A stretch of 64,000 bases of DNA from Eubacteriales bacterium (GTDB taxonomy: Bacteria > Bacillota > Clostridia > Oscillospirales > CAG-272): assembly GCA_045580835.1 (NCBI GenBank), contig JAZNOM010000048.1, positions 21,908 through 85,907 of the forward strand. The letters run 5' to 3'. A model generated the notes under the pieces. It made no database searches, was not told where the DNA came from, and saw nothing but the letters and a program-made list of their open reading frames with translations. Every line of letters starts with the position of its first letter. Position 1 is the first letter of the stretch. Made by a program: the position numbers and the translations under genes. This document shows positions 10,851-19,861 of this stretch, in pieces.

Positions 10851-11735
10851 ATGACTAAAACAGCTTTTATTGCAATTGTAGGCAGACCTAATGTAGGCAA
10901 GTCCACATTGCTTAATACAATTTGCGGAGAAAAGATTGCAATTGTATCAAACAAGCCGCAAACTACCAGAAACAGAATTACCGGTATTTTAACAAAAGGT
11001 GAAAACCAGTATGTTTTTCTTGACACGCCCGGTATGCATAAGCCACGCACTGCTTTGGGCGACTTTATGGTAAAGACTGCAAACGGCAGCATCGGCGAGT
11101 CGGATTTAACTTTGCTGGTAGTTGAACCCGTACCGAGCGTTGGCGATATTGAAAAGGGAATTCTGGAGCGTATTAAGTCCGCAAAATCACCGTGTATTCT
11201 TGTTGTAAATAAGGTTGACGAGCATACTCCTGCAGCAATTGCCCAGACAATTGCTGCGTACTCCGCAGACTATAATTTTGACGCTGTTGTTCCGCTTTCC
11301 GCAAAGAGTGGTAAGGGCGTTGATGCACTTTTTGAAGAGGTGGACAAGTTTCTTTATGAAAGTGTTTGGTTTTTCCCGGAGGATGCGATTACAGATCAGC
11401 CAGAGCGGCAGATTGTAGCCGAGATTATTCGCGAAAAACTCCTTCGAACTCTTAATAAAGAGATTCCGCACGGCACTGCAGTCGTAATTGAAGATTTTAA
11501 AGAAGAAAAGAATATTATCCGTATCAGAGCGGAAATTTTCTGCGAAAAGGCTTCGCATAAGGGAATTATAGTTGGTAAAAACGGGGCTGCACTTAAGCTT
11601 GTCGGAACTTATGCAAGACAGGACCTTGAGGCTTTCTTTGGCGTAAAAGTATATCTTAATCTTTGGGTAAAAGTTAAAGAGAACTGGCGTGACAGCGCCA
11701 TGACAGTAGGCAATTTCGGTTATAAAGACGAGTAA
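10851..11735 (+). CDS. era: GTPase Era
   Basis: G1 GRPNVGKST, G3 DTPG, NKVD, C-terminal KH domain (GKNGAALK). Confidence 0.97.
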   Translation: MTKTAFIAIVGRPNVGKSTLLNTICGEKIAIVSNKPQTTRNRITGILTKGENQYVFLDTPGMHKPRTALGDFMVKTANGSIGESDLTLLVVEPVPSVGDIEKGILERIKSAKSPCILVVNKVDEHTPAAIAQTIAAYSADYNFDAVVPLSAKSGKGVDALFEEVDKFLYESVWFFPEDAITDQPERQIVAEIIREKLLRTLNKEIPHGTAVVIEDFKEEKNIIRIRAEIFCEKASHKGIIVGKNGAALKLVGTYARQDLEAFFGVKVYLNLWVKVKENWRDSAMTVGNFGYKDE

Positions 11736-11746
11736 GGAGTAATGCT

Positions 11747-12553
11747 ATGCTCATCGGTATCAAAGGCTTGGTTTTAAAGACCGTAGAAAGAACGGACAGC
11801 GATAGGCTGGTTGTTCTTTTTACCGTTGAGCGCGGAAAAATTACGGTTTGTGCAAAAGGCAGCCGTTCGGCAAAAAGCAAAACTCTTCCTTGTATTGAGC
11901 CTTTTTCTTATTCCGAATTTGTACTTTACGAAAAGGACGGCTTTTTTTGGATAAAGGAAGCCGCGCTTATCGAAAATTTTTACGCAATACGCGAAGACGT
12001 AGCAAAGCTCGCGCTTGCTTCCTATATTTGCGAAGTTCTTGATATAACTGTTTACGAGAATATGCAAGAGCGTGAATTGCTCCGTCTTGGACTTAATTCG
12101 CTTTATGCTATTGCATCTGATTTGCGACCGTTAAATACCGTAAAAGCGGTTTTTGAAATGCGTGCCGCAATGCTTCTCGGCTTTGCTCCAAGTGTGGAGT
12201 TCTGCTCAAAATGCGGTAAAAGCCAAGCTTTAGATTTTTATTTCTCTTTACCCGATGGAGAAGTTGTCTGTGCAAAATGCCGCGAAAAAGCATATAAAGA
12301 GTATCTTGACAGCCGTGGTAGTGTAAATGCGGACGAGGAAATACGTTTTGCCTCGCAGATTTTCCGTACAAGCACGGACGTCAGACTTGCAATATCGTAT
12401 ATAATCAGTTGTCCGCCTGACAAGATTTACGGTTTTACAATGCCCGACGAAGAACTTATGGATTTATCAAAACTTTGCGAAGAACATCTTATATACCAAC
12501 TTGAAAAAAAGCCGAAAACTCTTGATTTTTACAAAGAGGTTTCGGCACTTTAG
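11747..12553 (+). CDS. recO: DNA repair protein RecO
   Basis: Follows era as in the conserved cluster. Has the CxxC...CxxC zinc motif (CSKCG...CAKC). Confidence 0.9.
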   Translation: MLIGIKGLVLKTVERTDSDRLVVLFTVERGKITVCAKGSRSAKSKTLPCIEPFSYSEFVLYEKDGFFWIKEAALIENFYAIREDVAKLALASYICEVLDITVYENMQERELLRLGLNSLYAIASDLRPLNTVKAVFEMRAAMLLGFAPSVEFCSKCGKSQALDFYFSLPDGEVVCAKCREKAYKEYLDSRGSVNADEEIRFASQIFRTSTDVRLAISYIISCPPDKIYGFTMPDEELMDLSKLCEEHLIYQLEKKPKTLDFYKEVSAL

Positions 12554-12560
12554 AGGAACT

Positions 12561-14939
12561 ATGTTATATACACAAAAATCACTTGCAATGCTTGAATATG
12601 ACAAGGTTATTGCCATGCTTGCAGAGCGCGCCCTCACTGAAGGTGCGCGCGATTTGGCACTTCGCCTTGTTCCGTCAAATGCAGAAAAGACGGTTATAAA
12701 AAAGCAGAGAACAACCGCCGATGCGCGTAGACTTGTTGACGCTAAAGGTTATCCTTCTTTCGGCGGTGTTAAAAACATATCGGAGATATTAGGCAGAGCA
12801 AAACGCGGTGCGCTCTTGCAGCCGCTTGAACTTTTGGAGGTTGCTGACCTCTTACGCGTTTCACGCGGACTCTCTGATTATATCAAAAACGACAAGCCTT
12901 TTGAAACTTCGCTCGATGAAACATTTTTGCTTCTTACGGTTAACAGACATCTTGAGGATAGAATCAGCCGTACAGTTGTAAGCGAGGAATTTATTGCCGA
13001 TGAAGCAAGTGCTGAACTTGCAGACATTCGCCGCAAAATCCGCTCGGCGAATGACCGCATCAAAGACTCCCTTCAAAAGTTTATAAACGGTGGCTACGGA
13101 AAGCTACTTCAGGAAAATATCGTTACTATGCGTAACGACCGCTATGTTGTACCTGTAAAGATTGAACACAAAAACGAGATAAAAGGTCTTGTTCACGATA
13201 CATCTGCATCGGGACAAACAGTGTTTATCGAACCGGTTTCTGTTGTCGAAGCCAACAACGAACTAAAAATTCTTAAGAACAAAGAAGAACGCGAAATTGA
13301 AAAGATTTTGTATGAGCTTTCCGCGATGTGCGCAGAAAACGCCGACATGCTTTCTTCAAACTATCATCTTGTGACCGAGCTTGCATTTGCGTTTACTTGT
13401 GCAAGTCTTGCGGAACACATGAAGGCAAACGCAATTACGCACGAATATGAGAAAAAATTCAACCTCAAGCGTGCAGTTCACCCTCTGCTTGACCAAACTA
13501 CTGCGGTACCTATTAACGTTCGGGTTGGTGAAGATTTCGATACTCTTGTTATTACCGGTCCAAACACCGGCGGTAAAACCGTAACTCTTAAGACAATTGG
13601 ACTTTTTGCGCTTATGTATCAATCAGGACTTCAACTTCCTGCGGCACCTAACTCAACAATGTGTGTTTTTGATGAAATACTGGTTGATATCGGCGACGAG
13701 CAGAGCATTGAACAATCACTTTCAACATTCTCGGCTCACATGGTTAATATCGTAGATATTTTAAAGCATACTTCAAGCCGTTCGCTCGTACTTCTTGACG
13801 AGCTTGGTGCCGGTACCGACCCCGTAGAAGGTGCAGCACTTGCAGTTTCGATTCTTGAAGAAATCCGCGCCGCCGGCGCACTTTCGGCTGCAACTACCCA
13901 CTATGCCGAGCTTAAAGCATACGCTATTGACACAGACGGTGTTACTAACGCATCTTGCGAATTTGATATCGAAACTCTCCGTCCAACGTATAAGCTTATT
14001 ATCGGAACACCCGGCAAATCAAACGCTTTCGCAATTTCAAAACGTCTTGGGTTGCCCGAACGAATCGTCGAAAAAGCTAATTCTTATATTTCGGGCGACA
14101 GTAAACGTTTTGAAAACATCATCGAAAAACTCGAAACTGACAGAATCGCAATGGAGCGCGCCAGGGAAGAAGCCGAGCGCATGAAAATAGAGTACGAGTC
14201 TTTCAAAGCAAAAGCTGAAGCAGATATTGCAAAAAATAAAAAAGAAGCGGAACGAGAAAAAGAACGCGCGCAAAGTCAAGCAAAGCGCATGATTCAAAGC
14301 GCGAGAGAGTCGAGCGAATATGTGCTCAAAGAAATCTCCGACTTAAAGAAGAAAAAGGCCGAAGAGGTAAAAAAAGAGGAGCTTGAGAAAGCCAAGCAAT
14401 CCATTCGCGCCGAGCTTCGCCGTAACAGCGGTCAGTACGACCCAATCGAGGACCTTACTGATAAAAACTATGTTCTTCCTCGTGCGCTTGTTAAAGGCGA
14501 CACAGTTTTGATAATGAGCATAGGTCAGACCGGCACTGTAATCAGTCCTCCTGATAAAAACGGGATGGTTCGCGTTCAGGCAGGAAGAATTGCCACAAGG
14601 ACAGAGGTTGCAAATCTAAAACTGATTGAGCAGCAGAGTGCAGCGACTAAAAAGAACAAAGAAAAAACCGCATACAGAAATGCGGTTGTAAAATCATTCA
14701 GTCCCGAACTTGATATTCGCGGTATGTACGGCGATGACGGTTGTTTTATGCTTGACAAATACCTTGATGATGCGGCACTTGCCGGCATTCACACCGTGCG
14801 TATTATACACGGCAAGGGAACAGGTGCGCTGAAAAACGCCGTTTGGCAATTTTTAAGAGGTGACAAGCGCGTCGCTTCATTCCGCCTCGGCGTATTCGGC
14901 GAGGGTGATGGCGGCGTTACAATTGTAGAAATTAAATAA
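12561..14939 (+). CDS. mutS2: endonuclease MutS2
   Basis: Walker A GPNTGGKT, DELGAGTDP, coiled-coil KE-rich linker, C-terminal Smr (IIHGKGTGALK). Start is the ATG at 12561 (MLYTQKSL), not the upstream track start. Confidence 0.95.
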   Translation: MLYTQKSLAMLEYDKVIAMLAERALTEGARDLALRLVPSNAEKTVIKKQRTTADARRLVDAKGYPSFGGVKNISEILGRAKRGALLQPLELLEVADLLRVSRGLSDYIKNDKPFETSLDETFLLLTVNRHLEDRISRTVVSEEFIADEASAELADIRRKIRSANDRIKDSLQKFINGGYGKLLQENIVTMRNDRYVVPVKIEHKNEIKGLVHDTSASGQTVFIEPVSVVEANNELKILKNKEEREIEKILYELSAMCAENADMLSSNYHLVTELAFAFTCASLAEHMKANAITHEYEKKFNLKRAVHPLLDQTTAVPINVRVGEDFDTLVITGPNTGGKTVTLKTIGLFALMYQSGLQLPAAPNSTMCVFDEILVDIGDEQSIEQSLSTFSAHMVNIVDILKHTSSRSLVLLDELGAGTDPVEGAALAVSILEEIRAAGALSAATTHYAELKAYAIDTDGVTNASCEFDIETLRPTYKLIIGTPGKSNAFAISKRLGLPERIVEKANSYISGDSKRFENIIEKLETDRIAMERAREEAERMKIEYESFKAKAEADIAKNKKEAEREKERAQSQAKRMIQSARESSEYVLKEISDLKKKKAEEVKKEELEKAKQSIRAELRRNSGQYDPIEDLTDKNYVLPRALVKGDTVLIMSIGQTGTVISPPDKNGMVRVQAGRIATRTEVANLKLIEQQSAATKKNKEKTAYRNAVVKSFSPELDIRGMYGDDGCFMLDKYLDDAALAGIHTVRIIHGKGTGALKNAVWQFLRGDKRVASFRLGVFGEGDGGVTIVEIK

Positions 14940-14948
14940 AGAGGAAAT

Positions 14949-15302
14949 ATGGAAAAAGGCATCTATGAAATTAATATCGAAGAGGGGCTTCCCGACGTGG
15001 ATGCCGCTCTTCGAATACTCGAATATCAGTTTGCTTCAGCGGCGGTAATCGGTGAGCGCGTGGTCAAGGTAATTCACGGTTACGGTTCAACCGGTCGCGG
15101 CTGCGGACGACTGCGCACAGCGGCAAGACGATGGGGAAAAAACGACCCTCGTGTGGGATTTGTCGTAAAAGGCGAGGACTTTTCAGTTTTCAATCCTCAA
15201 GCGCGATATCTTGTTGAAAAATTTCCGCATGTTGCAAAAGACAAAGACCTTGAAAACTGCAACGAGGGAATCACGCTGTTTTTTATAAACGCAAAAAAAT
15301 AA
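14949..15302 (+). CDS. standalone Smr-domain protein
   Basis: VIHGYGSTGRG motif resembles the Smr core IHGKGTG. RBS agagga upstream. Confidence 0.65.
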   Translation: MEKGIYEINIEEGLPDVDAALRILEYQFASAAVIGERVVKVIHGYGSTGRGCGRLRTAARRWGKNDPRVGFVVKGEDFSVFNPQARYLVEKFPHVAKDKDLENCNEGITLFFINAKK

Positions 15303-15330
15303 ACCGTGTTTTTAACACGGTTTGTTTTTT
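15301..15330. terminator. bidirectional terminator between the Smr gene and acp
   Basis: aaaccgtgtt ttt aacacggttt hairpin followed by a T-run, between convergent genes. Confidence 0.75.
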
Positions 15331-15331
15331 C

Positions 15332-15559
15332 TTATTTAGCGACTTTTTCGATATACTTAACTACGTCACCAACGGTAACAAGATCTTTTGCTTCGTTGTC
15401 GTCAATCTCAATAGAGAACTTTTCTTCACAAAGGAAAACAAGCTCCGAAAGTTCAAGTGAATTGATTCCGAGATCATTTTCAAGTTCTGCTTCCATAGTA
15501 ATGTCATCTGCGTTGATAGAAAGTTCTTCAACGAGGAGCGTTTTAATCTTATCGAACAT
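15332..15559 (-). CDS. acpP: acyl carrier protein
   Basis: 75 aa, acidic, with the phosphopantetheine-attachment context LGINSLELSEL. The plus-strand ORF 15306..15647 is its shadow. Confidence 0.88.
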   Translation of the reverse strand: MFDKIKTLLVEELSINADDITMEAELENDLGINSLELSELVFLCEEKFSIEIDDNEAKDLVTVGDVVKYIEKVAK

Positions 15560-15694
15560 ATGTGTTCCTCCTAAAATGTCTGTTGACTTAAAATATAACC
15601 GTTGTTATTATAGTGTATTTTGGGTGCCTTGTCAAGTTTTTTGTTGATTACGCTTACGGTTTGTGTTATAATATAAATAAATGGAGGTGTTATT

Positions 15695-16126
15695 ATGCAA
15701 TATCTTTGGCTTGGAGTGCTAATTTGCGCTATTGTCGTTGAGGTTATAACTGCCGGACTCGTTTCTGTTTGGTTTGTTCCTGCGGCGCTAGTGGCAATGG
15801 TTCTAGCACTTTTTGAAGTTCCGCTCTATTTGCAAATTATCGTTTTTCTGGGACTTTCACTTATTTTTATTGTATTATCTCGAACCATTTGGAAAAAATA
15901 CACATCCATAAAGCCGCTTGAACCTACAAATACTGACGTCTTGCTTGGTGAGATCGCCGTCGTTACCGAAGGAATTGATAACATTAATTCATTAGGTGAG
16001 GTTAAAGTCAACGGTCAGCGTTGGAGTGCACGCAGCGCAAACGGTGAAAGAATTGAACTTGGAGAAAAGGTAAAAGTTCTTTCTATTGAAGGCGTAAAGG
16101 TTATTTGCGAAAAATCTGATATTTAA
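15695..16126 (+). CDS. NfeD family membrane protein
   Basis: Two or three N-terminal TM helices plus a C-terminal OB-like segment (GEVKVNGQRWSARS). Paired with the downstream SPFH gene. Confidence 0.85.
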   Translation: MQYLWLGVLICAIVVEVITAGLVSVWFVPAALVAMVLALFEVPLYLQIIVFLGLSLIFIVLSRTIWKKYTSIKPLEPTNTDVLLGEIAVVTEGIDNINSLGEVKVNGQRWSARSANGERIELGEKVKVLSIEGVKVICEKSDI

Positions 16127-16138
16127 GGAGTGAATATT

Positions 16139-17110
16139 ATGTTAAACATTTTTGTAGCTAATGGAGTCGCTACTAATTCCGGCGGCATTATGGGAATTCT
16201 CATTGCACTTGTTGCAATTGCGGTAGTAATTTGTATTTCCTGTGTAAAAATTGTTCCACAGGCTCGCGCATATGTAATAGAGCGTCTTGGAGTTTACAAC
16301 GGTACATGGAAAACCGGACTTCACTTTAAAATGCCTTTTATTGACAAAATTGCAAAACGCGTTGTTCTTATGGAACAGGTTGCGGACTTTCCTCCACAGG
16401 CCGTTATCACCAAGGATAATGTTAAGATGCAGATTGACACTGTTGTATTCTTTCAGATTACCGACTGTAAACTTTATGCATACGGCGTTGTAAACCCTAT
16501 TTCCGCAATTGAAAACCTCACCGCAACAACTCTCCGAAATATCATCGGTGAGCTTGAACTCGACAGCACGCTTACCTCGCGCGATATTATCAATTCCAAG
16601 ATGCGTTCTATCCTTGATGAGGCTACCGACCCGTGGGGTATCAAGGTAAATCGTGTTGAGCTTAAAAACATCATGCCTCCCAAGGAAATTCAGGATGCGA
16701 TGGAAAAGCAGATGAAGGCTGAACGCGAGCGCCGCGAATCTATTCTCAAAGCTGAAGGTGAGCGTAATTCCGCAATTCTTGTTGCCGAAGGTAAAAAGCA
16801 GTCAATGATTCTTGAAGCTGAAGCTGAAAAGCAGTCTGCAATTCTTCGTGCAGAAGCGCTTAAGGAAGCACAGATCAGAGAGGCGGAAGGTCAGGCTGAG
16901 GCTATTCTCAAAGTACAGCAGGCTACCGCTGAGGGTATCCGAATGATTAATGAGGCATCTCCCGGTCAAGGCGTAATTGCAATCAAGAGCCTTGAAGCGC
17001 TTGAAAAAGTTGCAGACGGCAAGTCCACGAAGATTATTATTCCTTCAGAAATCCAGTCACTAGCCGGTCTTGTTACAAGTGCAAGCGAGCTTATGAAAGA
17101 GGATAAGTAG
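16139..17110 (+). CDS. SPFH/band-7 (stomatin-like) protein
   Basis: N-terminal TM, SPFH core (VPQARAYVIERLG...), A/E-rich coiled coil. The ATG at 16139 is 8 nt after AAGGAG. Confidence 0.9.
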   Translation: MLNIFVANGVATNSGGIMGILIALVAIAVVICISCVKIVPQARAYVIERLGVYNGTWKTGLHFKMPFIDKIAKRVVLMEQVADFPPQAVITKDNVKMQIDTVVFFQITDCKLYAYGVVNPISAIENLTATTLRNIIGELELDSTLTSRDIINSKMRSILDEATDPWGIKVNRVELKNIMPPKEIQDAMEKQMKAERERRESILKAEGERNSAILVAEGKKQSMILEAEAEKQSAILRAEALKEAQIREAEGQAEAILKVQQATAEGIRMINEASPGQGVIAIKSLEALEKVADGKSTKIIIPSEIQSLAGLVTSASELMKEDK

Positions 17111-17118
17111 ATTCAAAA

Positions 17119-17147
17119 AAGGCTGCGAAAGCAGCCTTTTTTTCATC
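17119..17147. terminator. bidirectional terminator (SPFH gene / aph-like gene)
   Basis: aggctgc gaaa gcagcct hairpin flanked by an A-run and a T-run. Confidence 0.8.
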
Positions 17148-17928
17148 CAAACACTTCGCAGGCTGCTATAAGTTTTAACATTTCTGTTTCAACTTTATCG
17201 CGGCCGTATGCATCAATAAAACGTGAAGCGTAATCGTTTGTTTTGAGATTAAAAAACAGTGTCCAAATACCCCAAAATATGTCAATGTGTCTATCGCCGA
17301 CACCGCCGTTGCCAAGGTCAATAAATTTGCTGAATTTCCAGTTGTCAAGCATGATATTAGGCAAGCAGTAATCACCGTGTAGCAGAGTATCGGATTTTAA
17401 TAAATGCTTGTTTGCTTCAACAACTCTCCAAGCATCGTATGCGCTTTTATATCCAAAGATGTCCGGAAAAGCAGCTTTGTCATATGTACCGGAATGATAG
17501 TTATTTGTAGCCAATTCAAGATAACTTTCGATTCGGTTTTGCACCGGACAATCTGAAAAATCCGTTTCGTGCAATGTTCTCAAAAGTTCGGCGATGATGT
17601 CGCAAAGACGCTTGGGATTGGCGAGGTACTCAGCGTAAGTGCAGTCTTCGCCGCAAACTTTTTCGGTCAGCATCCAATCTTTTTCAAGCGATATGTAATC
17701 AAGCACATTGGTTGCAAGACCTTTTGAATGAAAATATTTTGTCAACACGGCTTCGTCTTTGAGAGAGCCTTTGGGTGCGCTTTTTAAATAATAGCCGCAG
17801 TCCTTGTCAATAAAGAAAACTCTTGCTTCAGGCGAGCAACTGCTATCATAAACTTTTGTATTTTCAAAAAAACTGTGAAAAGCCTCGGGTATTAAATTCA
17901 AATTTGGCGTGATAAGTCTTCTGTTCAT
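17143..17928 (-). CDS. aminoglycoside 3'-phosphotransferase (APH(3')) family protein
   Basis: Catalytic loop HGDYCLPNIM and FIDLGNGGVGDRHIDI, as in APH(3') enzymes. Confidence 0.8.
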   Translation of the reverse strand: MNRRLITPNLNLIPEAFHSFFENTKVYDSSCSPEARVFFIDKDCGYYLKSAPKGSLKDEAVLTKYFHSKGLATNVLDYISLEKDWMLTEKVCGEDCTYAEYLANPKRLCDIIAELLRTLHETDFSDCPVQNRIESYLELATNNYHSGTYDKAAFPDIFGYKSAYDAWRVVEANKHLLKSDTLLHGDYCLPNIMLDNWKFSKFIDLGNGGVGDRHIDIFWGIWTLFFNLKTNDYASRFIDAYGRDKVETEMLKLIAACEVFG

Positions 17929-17991
17929 TTAATCTCCTTAATTTAGGTGCGTGGTTACAATGTCTTGCTACGCAAGCCATTAAGCAAATAT

Positions 17992-18058
17992 AAACAAAAA
18001 AACACCGCACGGGTGTTTTTTTGTTTATGGTGCGGGTGACAGGACTTGATGACCTGCA
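17992..18058 (-). repeat. duplicated tRNA-Leu 3' end plus terminator (degenerate copy)
   Basis: Near-identical to 18134..18196, apart from A7/T7 versus A6/T6 in the terminator arms and a 2-nt insertion in the T-loop region. The rest of the tRNA is missing. Confidence 0.85.
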
Positions 18059-18167
18059 AGGTCTCGCGAGGCGAGCCCTATTTAAAAGCCATGCGGCTTT
18101 TAAGGCAGAACCAAGTCTAACATCACTCTACAAAAACAAAAAACACCGCACGGGTGTTTTTTGTTTA

Positions 18168-18251
18168 TGGTGCGGGTGACAGGACTTGAACCTGCACGTC
18201 GGGGACACTAGATCCTAAGTCTAGCGCGTCTGCCAATTCCGCCACACCCGC
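18168..18251 (-). tRNA. tRNA-Leu (anticodon TAG), CCA encoded
   Basis: The reverse complement folds as a class II tRNA: acceptor GCGGGTG/CACCCGC, anticodon arm CTAGA-CTTAGGA-TCTAG, long variable arm, T-arm GCAGGTTCAAGTCCTGT, 3' CCA. Confidence 0.95.
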
Positions 18252-18261
18252 ATGTCATTAC

Positions 18262-18290
18262 AGTATATCATAAAACTACACCCGTGTCAA
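18262..18290 (-). promoter_or_regulatory. sigma-A type promoter for tRNA-Leu
   Basis: Minus strand TTGACA, 17 nt, TATACT, ending about 10 nt before the tRNA 5' end. Confidence 0.7.
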
Positions 18291-18372
18291 GCGAATTAAT
18301 GGTTTACTAATTATTGAATTTAAAAAATATATATGTTATAATAATTTAATAATAAATATTTTAGGTAGTAAA

Positions 18373-19173
18373 ATGATAAACAAATCAGACGTGATTAAAC
18401 AACTTCAAATAATGAATGCACCGCAGGACAAAATAGTCCTTGTACATTCTTCTTTGCGTGACGTTGGCGAGGTGGAGGGCAGAGGAGAAGGTTTACTTGA
18501 AGTTTTGATTGAATACTTTACTGCAAAAGGCGGTCTTTTGTGCATTCCTACCCACACATGGGCAAATGTCGGTGACGAAAGCAAGATTACTTTGGATTTG
18601 ACGGCGAAGGATACTTGTATTGGCACACTCCCGAATATAGCTGCAAAAGCTGCCGAGATTCGCACTTCGCATCCTACGCATTCAATGGCGGTGTTTGGTG
18701 ACGAAAAACATGCTGCGGTTTTTGCAAGCGGCGAAGAAAAGTTTATAACTCCTGCAAATCCTCTGGGGTGTTACGGCAAAATCTATGAAAACGATGGATT
18801 TATTTTGCTTATAGGAGTGGAGCATAACCGTAATACATACTTACACTGTGTCGAGGAAATGCTTGGTGTCCACAACCGTATTGCCAAAGAACCAAAGCGA
18901 GTTACCGTAAAACATCTCAACGGAGAGGTTGAAACTAAAACGATGCATCCGCACGAAGCTATCGGCATAGGAGACGTGTCTCTGCGTTATCCTAAATACG
19001 AAGCCGCTTTCCGCTATCATGGCGCGATTACTGACGGCTTTATAGGCAATGCAAAAACTCAACTTTGCAGCGCTCGCAAAATGAAAGAAGTTATGGAACT
19101 TATCAATATTAGAAGCAACGGTAAAGAACTATTTTTGGATGACACACCTTTAGAAAAATCACTCTATATGTGA
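18373..19173 (+). CDS. aminoglycoside N(3)-acetyltransferase (AAC(3)) family protein
   Basis: VHSSLRDVG, IPTHTW, HNRNTYLHCVEE blocks typical of the AAC(3)/YokD family. TTGAAT-17-TATAAT promoter upstream. Confidence 0.8.
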   Translation: MINKSDVIKQLQIMNAPQDKIVLVHSSLRDVGEVEGRGEGLLEVLIEYFTAKGGLLCIPTHTWANVGDESKITLDLTAKDTCIGTLPNIAAKAAEIRTSHPTHSMAVFGDEKHAAVFASGEEKFITPANPLGCYGKIYENDGFILLIGVEHNRNTYLHCVEEMLGVHNRIAKEPKRVTVKHLNGEVETKTMHPHEAIGIGDVSLRYPKYEAAFRYHGAITDGFIGNAKTQLCSARKMKEVMELINIRSNGKELFLDDTPLEKSLYM

Positions 19174-19180
19174 GGTTGAC

Positions 19181-19861
19181 ATGGAAAAGCCAATGAACAT
19201 AATTGCATATATACGCACGGATTTTCCTACTAAATTCGGCATACCGCGTCAAAGTGGACTTGCAGAGTTTGAAGCGACGATTGTGTTTGAACCTGAGTAC
19301 AGAAACGCAGAGGCGCTTCGCGGTATAGAAGGATACAGCCATTTGTGGCTGATTTGGAAATTCTCTAAAGCCGAGCGCGACACATGGTCGCCGACAGTAC
19401 GGCCGCCGCGTCTTGGCGGAAATAAACGTGTCGGTGTATTTGCTACCCGTTCACCATTCAGACCTAATCCAATCGGTCTTTCTTCTGTAAAACTGCTCGG
19501 TGTTGAGAAAACGGATAACGGCTATGTGCTCCGAGTATCCGGTGCAGACCTTATGGACGGCACTCCCATATATGATATAAAGCCGTATCTTGCTTTTACG
19601 GACAGTCATCCCGATGCAGTCGGAGGATTTGCCGATGAGAAAAAAGAATATTCGCTTAATGTTGATTTCCCCGAGGATTTACTTTCCAAAATCCCCAAGA
19701 GCAAACAAAAAGCATTGCTCGAACTTCTTTCCGAGGATCCGAGACCGCAGTATATTGATGATTCCGAGCGCGTATACGGGTTTGAGTTTTCGGGTGTCGA
19801 GATAAAATTTGTTGTAAGTAACGATATTCTTACTGTAAAAGAGGTAGAAAAAATAAAATGA
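19181..19861 (+). CDS. trmO: tRNA (N6-threonylcarbamoyladenosine(37)-N6)-methyltransferase TrmO (TsaA/YaeB family)
   Basis: FGIPRQSG, GYSHLWLIWKF, RPNPIGLS, DGTPIYDIKPY motifs. Confidence 0.88.
   Translation: MEKPMNIIAYIRTDFPTKFGIPRQSGLAEFEATIVFEPEYRNAEALRGIEGYSHLWLIWKFSKAERDTWSPTVRPPRLGGNKRVGVFATRSPFRPNPIGLSSVKLLGVEKTDNGYVLRVSGADLMDGTPIYDIKPYLAFTDSHPDAVGGFADEKKEYSLNVDFPEDLLSKIPKSKQKALLELLSEDPRPQYIDDSERVYGFEFSGVEIKFVVSNDILTVKEVEKIK

Noticed and set aside
15306-15647. 113-aa plus-strand ORF rich in Ser
   Set aside because: It is the antisense shadow of the well-supported acyl carrier protein gene (15332..15559, minus strand) and has low-complexity composition.
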